Program-made: the position numbers and the translations under genes
The notes under the pieces: generated by a model
Told to the model about the DNA's origin: nothing
The model's input: only the letters and a program-made list of their open reading frames with translations
The model's database searches: none
In this document: positions 11,513 to 19,392 of the stretch, in pieces
Layout: every line of letters begins with the position of its first letter
Position numbering within the stretch: the first letter of the stretch is position 1
DNA from: Alphaproteobacteria bacterium
Lineage (GTDB): Bacteria; Pseudomonadota; Alphaproteobacteria; UBA7887
Length of the DNA stretch: 64,000 nucleotides
Direction: 5' to 3'
NCBI GenBank assembly: GCA_965243325.1
Contig: CBDEUQ010000003.1
Coordinates: 2,020,304 to 2,084,303, forward strand

Positions 11513-11701
11513 AGCCGTGCCGGAATAAGTGCGGCTCTTCGGGACAAACCGAAGAGAATGTCGGTCTGCTACGACGGGGATTTGCACGTTAGTGGCCGGC
11601 AAATTAAACTTGAGGTGTCGGGCACGGGAGAGGTCGTGAGACTCTTCTTTACCGAGCACCACATCGCATACTGGTTGTCGCAGGAGTCAGCGTCAAATTG
11701 A
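11513..11701 (+). pseudogene. Segment 3 (62 codons plus stop) of the giant GHKL-HNH gene, downstream of the IS256-family insertion
   Basis: Continues the frame ...GRQF|SRAGISAALRDKPKRMSVCYDGDLHVSGRQIKLEVSGTGEVVRLFFTEHHIAYWLSQESASN* when one TSD copy is removed. Stop at 11699..11701. Confidence 0.6.
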
Positions 11702-12207
11702 AATGCGAAGTTTTGCGATCTTACTTTTCCGCGGAACGGCGTGTTGATTGGTTAATTTCGGGAGCGCGAACTCTCGCGCGCGGCGCCGTTGGAGCGTCAC
11801 CCTTTGAGATTTTCTGTGCCTTGGTTGGGGGTTGAAGGGTCTCGTTTTTTTTGCAGTTCGCCGCGGCGGTCAGGGTTTCGGGGCAGCGAGGCGCCCGGCC
11901 AGCATTCGGATCTCCAGCGTCTCGGTTACCGCTAGCTTGGACAAATGGTCGCGGCGTAGCGCGTAGCGGTCGTCGGCATCGTTCCGCGGATCCGGCTTCG
12001 CCGGCCCGAGGACAGGCTCCCGTGCGCGTGATCGAGAACATGCGGAAGTGCAGCGTCGTTGGGAGCGTATGCACCAACTGCTCCGGCTCGCGCCATTCCC
12101 CGATGCATCCCGCAGGCGCTTTGGCCGGGCCGAGCCGGCCATCCGCGTCCCGCAGGGGCACCATTCCGCCGTTCGACGAAATCAGACCGCCCGGAAAATC
12201 GGCGCTC

Positions 12208-12378
12208 ATGCTCTTGCGTTTGACGGCTGGCAGATCGAACGGCAGACGAGTACTTCCGTAATGGCGGGCGTGGCGCTCTCGTTGCCGGGGCAGAAGGTCG
12301 CTGGACAACGATTTTCGACCTCATGACAACGACTTACGCCACGTTTACCGTTACCTTGACCGACCGTGGCGTATAAGG
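12208..12378. repeat. Copy B of the ~175-bp direct repeat (partner of 3282..3466)
   Basis: See copy A. Contains an 11-bp inverted repeat cttacgccacg...cgtggcgtaTaag. Confidence 0.5.
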
Positions 12379-12558
12379 CGGGCGAACATTCGTTGACCCT
12401 TAAACTTTACGAGAAAGTCGCCGGAGACCTCATTTCACGGTCTGTGCCGTCTGCGAATTTCCGCAATGGAAATACTAGCCGCCGGAGGCCGGGGATTCCT
12501 CCAACGAAAAGGATTCGAACCCGGCCGGGAGGAAAGTGGCGGCGGGTCTCTTCGGTGT

Positions 12559-13434
12559 TCACGGTCCGTCTTGCTCCTTGTGGAACGTGTAGAGGCGGGT
12601 GAAGTCGGCGCCGGGCATGGCCCGCTTCATGGCGCGCAGGGTCTCGCCGACGGTGCCGCCCACCGGCGCCCGTTGGCCGGCATCCTGGACGGCGGCGAGG
12701 AACAGGTCGACGTCCTTCGACAGCAGGTCGATGGTGAAGCCGGCGTCGAAGGTGCCGGTGGCGACGCGCGTCGGGAACTTGTCGCTGGTCGCCGTGTTCC
12801 GCCCCGTCGACACGTTGAGCACGGCGATCATCGTCTCGAGATCGAGGCCCTGCGCCTCGCCGAACGCCACCGCTTCGGTCGTGGCCGTCATGGAGGCGGC
12901 CGACAACACGTTGTTGAGCAGCTTCATCGCCTGGCCCTGGCCGGGCTCGGCGCCGACGTGGAACAGGTTCCGCGCCATGACGCCGAGCGTTTCCCGGTGC
13001 GCTTCGAAGCGCCCGGCGTCGCCGGAGACCATCATCGCCAGCGTGCCTTCGGCGGCGCCGCGGGTGCCGCCGCTCACCGGCGCGTCGAGGTAGGCGATGC
13101 CCGCGTCCGCAAGGGCGCGGGCGACCGCCCCTGCCGCCTCCGGCCCGATCGTCGAGTGGTCGGCGAGGCAGCGCGTCCGGCTTCCGGCGGCGGCGGCGAT
13201 TTCGCCGACGACCGCCCGGACCGCGGGTCCGTCGGGCAGCGACAGGAGCACGAGGTCGGCGGCGTCGGCGACGGCGGCCGTCGACTCGCACACCCGGGCG
13301 CCCGCCGGCGCCCGCGCGGCGGTGCCGGCGGCGTCGTACACCGCGAGCGCGTATCCGGCGTCGGCGAGGCGGCGCGCCATGCGGCCCCCCATTTCGCCGA
13401 GTCCGACGAACCCGATGACCTCGCTGTCGCTCAT
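12559..13434 (-). CDS. NAD(P)-dependent 3-hydroxyisobutyrate dehydrogenase-family oxidoreductase (HIBADH / 2-hydroxy-3-oxopropionate reductase-like)
   Basis: 291 aa. N-terminal IGFVGLGEMGGRMARRL Rossmann motif. Family signatures ...DAPVSGG... and ...KLLNN.... Confidence 0.8.
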   Translation of the reverse strand: MSDSEVIGFVGLGEMGGRMARRLADAGYALAVYDAAGTAARAPAGARVCESTAAVADAADLVLLSLPDGPAVRAVVGEIAAAAGSRTRCLADHSTIGPEAAGAVARALADAGIAYLDAPVSGGTRGAAEGTLAMMVSGDAGRFEAHRETLGVMARNLFHVGAEPGQGQAMKLLNNVLSAASMTATTEAVAFGEAQGLDLETMIAVLNVSTGRNTATSDKFPTRVATGTFDAGFTIDLLSKDVDLFLAAVQDAGQRAPVGGTVGETLRAMKRAMPGADFTRLYTFHKEQDGP

Positions 13435-13560
13435 GCGGCCGCACTCCCGGTTGCCCGGCGCGGGGGATTGTCAAGCGGCGCCGGTTGGTTATCGTTCCGT
13501 TTCACCCGAGGCCCAGCGTAGCCAATCGTGCCGGCGGGCCGCAACGCGAGGGAGGCCCAC

Positions 13561-14028
13561 GTGCGCGTGATCGAAAGCTTCGATGCGATGAAGGCCCTGA
13601 TCGGCGAGGAGATCGGCGTGAGCCCGTGGGTCGACGTGACCCAGGAGCGGATCGACAAGTTCGCCGAGGCGACGGGCGACTTCCAGTGGATCCACGTCGA
13701 CCCCGACCGCGCGGCGCGCGAGCTGCCGGGCGGCAAGACGATCGCGCACGGCTTTCTCACACTCTCGCTGCTGCCGCAGATGGTCTACGAGATCTACCGC
13801 ATCGACGGCGTGGCGCACGGCCTCAACTACGGCAGCAACCGCATCCGCTTCACCTCGCCGGTGCCGGCGGGGAGCCGGCTGCGCGCACGGCTGCGGGTCA
13901 AGCACGCCGAGGACGTCAAGAACAACGGCCTGCGCGTCATCGGCGACGTGACCATAGAACTCGAGGGCTCGAGCCGCCCGGCGTGCGTCGCCGAGACCAT
14001 ATCGGTGGTCTACCCGGCGGCGGCGTGA
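13561..14028 (+). CDS. MaoC-like (R)-specific enoyl-CoA hydratase / hotdog-fold dehydratase
   Basis: Track ORF 13528..14028. A GTG at 13561 gives VRVIESFDAMKALIGEEIGVSPWVDVTQERIDKFAEATGDFQWIHVD..., a MaoC signature. The start choice is uncertain. Confidence 0.7.
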   Translation: MRVIESFDAMKALIGEEIGVSPWVDVTQERIDKFAEATGDFQWIHVDPDRAARELPGGKTIAHGFLTLSLLPQMVYEIYRIDGVAHGLNYGSNRIRFTSPVPAGSRLRARLRVKHAEDVKNNGLRVIGDVTIELEGSSRPACVAETISVVYPAAA

Positions 14029-14041
14029 GGGGCGCGGCGGC

Positions 14042-14842
14042 TCACTTCGCGGTCAGGCCGCCGTCGAGGACGATCTCGGCCCCGGTCATCAGCGACGAGG
14101 CGTCGGAGGCGAGAAAGACGATCGCGCTCGCCACCTCGTCGGCGCGGCCCTTGCGGCCGATCGGCTGAAAGCCGCTCAGGAACGCCTGGGCCCCGTCGTA
14201 GTCCGCGTTCTGGATCTTCATCATCTTGTGCGCGACCTGATTCATCATCTCGGTCTCGATGATCCCCGGATGCACCGAGTTGACGCGGATGTTGTAGCCG
14301 AAATGCGCGCATTCGAGCGCCGCCGACTTGGTCAGCAGGCGCACCCCGCCCTTGGTCGCGCTGTAGCCGGCGCTGAGCGGCGAGCCGACGATGCCGGCGA
14401 CCGAGGAGAGGTTCACGATCGATCCGGACGCGCCGCCGGGCGGACACGTCTCCTTCAGCGTCCGCATGGCGTGCTTGACGCCGAGAAACACGCCTTCGAG
14501 GTTGATCGCGGCCTGCCGGCGCCACTCGTCGAGCGTCATCTCCTCGAGCGGTTTCTCGACGAAGATCCCGGCGTTGTTGACGACGACGTGCGGCCCGTCG
14601 TGGCGCGCCGCGGTGTCGGCGAACACGCGCGCCCAGTCCTCCTCCCGCGTCACATCGTGGGCGGCGAACGAGGCGTCGCCGCCGCCGTCGCGGATGCCCC
14701 GGACGGTCGCGGCGCCGGCCTCTTCGAGGACGTCGGTCACCACCACTGCCGCGCCGGCGGCGGCGAGCGCCTTCGCCGTCTCCGCGCCGATCCCGCGCGC
14801 CGCGCCGGTCACGATCGCCGTCCGTCCCGTCAATGCCGCCAT
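14042..14842 (-). CDS. Short-chain dehydrogenase/reductase (SDR) family oxidoreductase
   Basis: The internal ATG at 14842 gives a 266-aa product MAALTGRTAIVTGAARGIGAETAKAL... (TGxxxGIG), NNAG, and the catalytic Y-x3-K in ...AGYSATKGG.... Confidence 0.85.
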   Translation of the reverse strand: MAALTGRTAIVTGAARGIGAETAKALAAAGAAVVVTDVLEEAGAATVRGIRDGGGDASFAAHDVTREEDWARVFADTAARHDGPHVVVNNAGIFVEKPLEEMTLDEWRRQAAINLEGVFLGVKHAMRTLKETCPPGGASGSIVNLSSVAGIVGSPLSAGYSATKGGVRLLTKSAALECAHFGYNIRVNSVHPGIIETEMMNQVAHKMMKIQNADYDGAQAFLSGFQPIGRKGRADEVASAIVFLASDASSLMTGAEIVLDGGLTAK

Positions 14843-14948
14843 GAGTCCGCTCCCCGCCGCCCGGCGGCGCGAGCATAGCACGGGCCGCCGATTCGATAAT
14901 CCGCGAAGCCGCGTGTTATGACCGGGCGGCGTGCGACGGGGGGAGTAC

Positions 14949-16253
14949 ATGGCCGACGCGAAGACCGAACCGCGCGTGCCGACAAGCTTCTGGCAGTATA
15001 TCCGCTCGCTCGGCCCGGGGCTGGTGGTCGCCCTGACGTGGCTCGGCGCCGGCGACCTCGTCGATTCCGCCGTCGCGGGCGGCAACTACGGCTACACGCT
15101 GATGTGGGCGATGGCGTTGGCGCTGTTCGTCCGCTTCGTCTTCGTCTCGATCATCGCCAAGTACCAGCTCTGCAACCAGCACGGCGAGAGCGTGCTCTCG
15201 GGACTGAAGCGGGTGCACGTGGCGATGCCGCTCTTCGTCGCCGTCGTGGCGGTGATCTTCGGCCACATCTACGGCTCGTTCCTGGTGCGCGGCCTCGGCC
15301 TCGCGAGCGAGGCGCTGTTCCGCTTCGGCGACCCGTTCGTGTGGTCGGCGGTCTGGGTGGTGGCGGCGGCGGTGTTCGTGTACCGCGGCCTCTACCGGCG
15401 GCTGGAGGCGGTCTTCTACGTCTTTCTCGCCCTGCTCGGCGTGTCGGTGATCGGCGTCGCCGCGTGGAGCGGCCCCGACCCGGTGGCGGCGGCGAAGGGC
15501 GTGCTGCTTTTCGACGTGCCGGAGCAGCAGGGGTCCTACGGCGCGCTGCTCGTGATCACGTCGCTGATCGGCGCGGTCGGCGGCTCGATCGCCAATCTGC
15601 TCTATCCCTACTTCATCCAGCAGAAGGGGTGGCGCGGGCCGCGCTTCCGCCGCGTCCAGCTTTACGATCTCGCCTTCGGCGTCGGCGTGCTCGTGTTCCT
15701 CAACCTGTCGGTGTGGACCATCGGCGCCGAGGTCCTGCACGCGCGCGGCGAGACGATCGAAAGCCTGGACGACCTCGCCAAGCTGCTGACCATCGCCCTC
15801 GGCGACCTCGGCGCGCCGATCTTCTACGTCGGCGTGTTCGCCGCCGTCTACAGCTCGGTGATCGGCATGGCGATGGGCTTCGGCTATCTCGTCACCGACG
15901 CGGTACGCGTCCACCGCACGGCCGAGACGCTGCCCGCCGAGCCGTTCGACGCCGGCGCCCGGCCCGTCTACCGGATCGTCGTCGCGTGGTGCCTGTTCTC
16001 GCCGCTGGTATGGAGCCTTCCCGGCGCGCCGGACTTCATCTTCCTCACCATCGTCGGCAACGCGGCGTCGGTGATCGTGCTGCCGATCCTCTGCGGCGCC
16101 CTGTGGATTCTGACCGCGCGCCGAGTGCTCATCGGCGCCGAGTGGCGCAACAGGTGGTGGGAGAACGGCTTCCTCGCGGCGCTGTTCGTGCTGTCGATCT
16201 GGGGCGCGTGGCAGTCCGTCATCGCCATCGCCGGCGCCGTGGGGTGGGGGTAG
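14949..16253 (+). CDS. mntH: NRAMP-family divalent metal (Mn2+/Fe2+) transporter
   Basis: Track ORF 14931..16253. Probable start MADAKTEP at 14949. Multi-TM protein with NRAMP-type motifs ...LGPGLVVALTWLGAGDLV... and ...GYTLMWAM.... Confidence 0.8.
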   Translation: MADAKTEPRVPTSFWQYIRSLGPGLVVALTWLGAGDLVDSAVAGGNYGYTLMWAMALALFVRFVFVSIIAKYQLCNQHGESVLSGLKRVHVAMPLFVAVVAVIFGHIYGSFLVRGLGLASEALFRFGDPFVWSAVWVVAAAVFVYRGLYRRLEAVFYVFLALLGVSVIGVAAWSGPDPVAAAKGVLLFDVPEQQGSYGALLVITSLIGAVGGSIANLLYPYFIQQKGWRGPRFRRVQLYDLAFGVGVLVFLNLSVWTIGAEVLHARGETIESLDDLAKLLTIALGDLGAPIFYVGVFAAVYSSVIGMAMGFGYLVTDAVRVHRTAETLPAEPFDAGARPVYRIVVAWCLFSPLVWSLPGAPDFIFLTIVGNAASVIVLPILCGALWILTARRVLIGAEWRNRWWENGFLAALFVLSIWGAWQSVIAIAGAVGWG

Positions 16254-16327
16254 GCCCGGGCGGCGTGGCGCTTACGCGGCGCGCCGGGCCTTGAGCAAGG
16301 GGCCGGGCTGCCCGCGCCCCCGTCGCC

Positions 16328-17854
16328 TCAGCGTGCGCCCGTCGTCGCGCGCCGCGGCATGCGGATGAGGAGCACGAGCGGCATGACGGCGAGGGCGACG
16401 AGGGTCATCAGCTTGAAGTCGTTGACGTAGGCGATCGCGCCCGCCTGCCGGGTCAGCTCGGCGTTGAGCGCGGCGCGTCCGGCGGCGTCGGCGGCGGACC
16501 ACGGGCCGGGCAGGAGGTCGGCGTCGAACGGCGTGACGTGGGCGCCGAGCTCGGCGCGGTTGATCTGGGTGTAGCGCGTCACCAGCGCCACCAGCATGCT
16601 GACCGCGACCGAGCTGCCGAGGTTGCGCGCGAGGTTGAACAGGCCCGCCGCCTCCGTGCGGTAGCGGTCGTCGAGCGTCGCGAAGGTGCAGACGTTGATC
16701 GGCACGAAGTACATGCCGAGGCCGAAGCCCTGCAGCAGCCCGGTCCACACGAGGGTGAAGACGTCGACGTCGGTGTTGAAGCCCGCCATCGCCCACATCG
16801 ACCACGCGATCAGCGCGAGGCCGGCGGCCATGAGGATCCGCATGTCGACGACGCTGCTCAGCCGCGCGACCAGAAGCATCGCCGCCATCGCGCCGACACC
16901 GCGCGGCGCGAGCACGACGCCCACGGTGATGACCGGATAGTCCATCAGGTGCTGGAGGAACGGCGGCAGCAGCACGAGGCCGGTAAGCAGCAGCGCGCCG
17001 AAGGCGGCGATGAGGGTAAGTCCGACGAGGACGTTGCGGTCCGCGAAGACGTGCAGGTCGATGAACGGGCGGTGGCGCGTCGTCGCCGTATGGACGATGA
17101 ACATGTAGAAGGCGGCGCCGGCCACGCTCGCCTCGATGACGATCTCGGCGCTGTCGAACCAGTCCTCGAGCTCGCCGCGGTCGAGCATGAGCTGGAAGCT
17201 GCCGATCGCGGTGCCGAGCAGCGCGAAGCCGAACCAGTCGAACCGCCGCAGCCGGTCGCGCGCCGTCTCGGGCACGAAGGCGAGAAGCCCGAGCAGCGCC
17301 AGCACGCCGAACGGCAGGTTGACGAAGAACACCCACCGCCAGTCGTAGACCTCGGTGAGCCAGCCGCCCAGCGTCGGGCCGACGATGGGGCCGATCATCA
17401 CGCCGCTGCTCCAGATCGCCATCGCCGAGCCGTGCTGCTCGCGCGGATAGGTGTCGAGCATGATCGACTGCGAGAGCGGGACGAGGAACGCGCCGCACGC
17501 CCCCTGGAGGAGGCGGTAGACGACGATCTCCTCGAGCGAGGTGGCGATGCCGCACAGCATCGAGGCGACGGTGAAGCCGGAGATCGCGAACACGAAGAGG
17601 CGCTTGCGGCCGAACCGCCCGGCGAGGAAGCCGGTCGGCGGCATGAAGATCGCCGTCGTCACGATGTAGGAGGTTATCACCCAGGCAATGCGGTCCTGGG
17701 TCGTCAGCAGCGACCCCTGCATGTTGGGCAGCGCGACGTTGGCGATCGTCATGTCGAGCGCCTGCATGATCGTCGCGATCATCACCGTGATTGTGATCAT
17801 GATCCGCCGGGCGCCGAGGGAGCGGGGCGCCGCTCCGGTCGCGGCATCGGCCAT
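16328..17854 (-). CDS. emrB: MFS transporter, DHA2 (EmrB/QacA) family drug-efflux permease
   Basis: 508 aa, 14-TM type. ...MQALDMTIANVALPNMQGSL... is the EmrB-family N-terminus. Adjacent to a membrane-fusion gene. Confidence 0.85.
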   Translation of the reverse strand: MADAATGAAPRSLGARRIMITITVMIATIMQALDMTIANVALPNMQGSLLTTQDRIAWVITSYIVTTAIFMPPTGFLAGRFGRKRLFVFAISGFTVASMLCGIATSLEEIVVYRLLQGACGAFLVPLSQSIMLDTYPREQHGSAMAIWSSGVMIGPIVGPTLGGWLTEVYDWRWVFFVNLPFGVLALLGLLAFVPETARDRLRRFDWFGFALLGTAIGSFQLMLDRGELEDWFDSAEIVIEASVAGAAFYMFIVHTATTRHRPFIDLHVFADRNVLVGLTLIAAFGALLLTGLVLLPPFLQHLMDYPVITVGVVLAPRGVGAMAAMLLVARLSSVVDMRILMAAGLALIAWSMWAMAGFNTDVDVFTLVWTGLLQGFGLGMYFVPINVCTFATLDDRYRTEAAGLFNLARNLGSSVAVSMLVALVTRYTQINRAELGAHVTPFDADLLPGPWSAADAAGRAALNAELTRQAGAIAYVNDFKLMTLVALAVMPLVLLIRMPRRATTGAR

Positions 17855-17872
17855 GGTCGGTCAGCCGCCGGG

Positions 17873-19072
17873 TCAGAGGTCCGGCGCGAGCCCCCCGGCA
17901 ACGCCGTCGAACCAGTCCAGAGCGCGGTCGACGAATGGCGGCAGCGTGCGCTCGTGGCCGGTGTCGACGGTCACCGTGGCGCTCATGCCGACGCGCAGCG
18001 GCGGGTCGCCGGGGCGCTCGACGATGGCGAAGCGCACGGGCAGGCGTTGCACCACCTTGACCCAGTTGCCGGTGGCGTTCTGCGGCGGCAGCAGCGAGAA
18101 CTCGGCCCCGGTCGCCGGGCTGAAGCTCGTCACGTGCGCCTGCCATTCGTGCTGCGGATAGGCATCGACGGTCAGGGTCGCCGGCTGGCCGAGGGCAAGG
18201 TGGGTGAGGTCGCTTTCCTTGAGGTTGGCTTCGAGCCAGATGGCCGCGGTCTCGACGAGGCTGATCTTCGCCTCGCCGGCCTCGATGAAGGTCCCCGGCC
18301 TCAGGCCCACGCGGGCGACGATGCCGTCGGCGGGCGCCCGCACGACCGTGTTCTCGAGGGCGAGGGCGCGGCCGTCGCGCCGCGCGCGGGCATTGTTGTA
18401 GCGCGCGAAGTCCTCGTCGGGCGTCGTCGGGTCGCCGCCGAGCCGGGCCAGCACCTCGTCGCGCTCGCGCTCGGCGACCGCCGCGGTCTGGCGCGCCATC
18501 GCCAGGTCGTGCCGGACTTCGTCGAGCCTCGCGACGGCGATCGCGCGGCGCTCGACGAGCGCGCTCTGGCGCTCGAACTCGCTCTCGTAGTAGCTCACGT
18601 CGGTGCGCGCCAGCGCCAGCTGCTCCTCCTTCTGCCGGTAGCGGGCGCGGAGCGCCGCGATCTCGGTGCGCACCATCGAGAGCTGCGCCTCCGCTTCCTC
18701 GAGGGCGATGCGGAACGGCTCGTCGTCGATGCGGAACAGCACCGTGCCCCACGCCACCGTGTCGTTGGTGCTGACCGGAACCTCGACCACCCGGCCCTTG
18801 ACCTCGGGCGCGACGGCGACCTTGTCGGCACGGATGTAGGCATTGTCGGTGGTGACGAACCGGCCGCTCTCGACCCAGTAGCGGGCGCCGTACACGGCCC
18901 CGACGAGAGGCACGCCGACGAGCAGCACGAGGCGGATGGCGCCGCGCACGAGACGCGCGACCCCCCGCCCGGCGCGCGCCAGAGGGGGCCGCTTCGGCTC
19001 CCGCTCCGGCCGCGGCAGCGGCGTCACTCGGGCGGGGTGCTGGCGAGTCTCGTCGGCGGCCGGATCAGCCAT
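17873..19072 (-). CDS. emrA: HlyD-family membrane-fusion (secretion) protein, EmrA-like
   Basis: 399 aa. N-terminal TM segment, coiled-coil region, then ...LSLLPPQNATGNWVKVVQRLPVR..., a typical EmrA C-terminus. Directly upstream of emrB on the same strand. Confidence 0.8.
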   Translation of the reverse strand: MADPAADETRQHPARVTPLPRPEREPKRPPLARAGRGVARLVRGAIRLVLLVGVPLVGAVYGARYWVESGRFVTTDNAYIRADKVAVAPEVKGRVVEVPVSTNDTVAWGTVLFRIDDEPFRIALEEAEAQLSMVRTEIAALRARYRQKEEQLALARTDVSYYESEFERQSALVERRAIAVARLDEVRHDLAMARQTAAVAERERDEVLARLGGDPTTPDEDFARYNNARARRDGRALALENTVVRAPADGIVARVGLRPGTFIEAGEAKISLVETAAIWLEANLKESDLTHLALGQPATLTVDAYPQHEWQAHVTSFSPATGAEFSLLPPQNATGNWVKVVQRLPVRFAIVERPGDPPLRVGMSATVTVDTGHERTLPPFVDRALDWFDGVAGGLAPDL

Positions 19073-19392
19073 CTGCCGGCGGCGTGCGGTGCCGATTTGC
19101 GCGGGCGCGGGCGCGGTTCATGCCAGTCGATACCGGTGGAGCGGAGCCAAGCCAAGACTCTACCGCGTCCGCCGGCTTGCCGGAAGCGCGCAACCGCGCC
19201 GTCTGCCGCGCGCCCCGCGCACGGCTCGCGCCGGGCGACCGCCGCCGACATCGACCGTGCCCCGAACCGCGGCCGCTCGATCCGCCGGAGGCGCGGTGCG
19301 CTTACCCGCCGCGCGCCCGAGGCGGCGGACATCCCGTCCGAAAGCCGCGACTTCAAGCCACCGTCGCGGGCTCCGGGCGGAAGGGACCGGGA

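Noticed and set aside
11790-11830. T8 run after gaagggtctcg as a rho-independent terminator for the HNH 3' fragment
   Set aside because: The upstream inverted repeat is weak (6-bp stem, loop of about 30 nt). It was kept only as a comment in the repeat/island finding.
12505-12525. tRNA T-arm-like motif (rc of GGGTTCGAATCC) near island copy B, a possible tRNA or att site
   Set aside because: The flanking sequence does not form a T-stem (only 3 bp pair), and no acceptor/D/anticodon arms can be drawn. It falls within the 5' UTR region of the HIBADH-like gene. Probably a chance match, or at most a degenerate relic.
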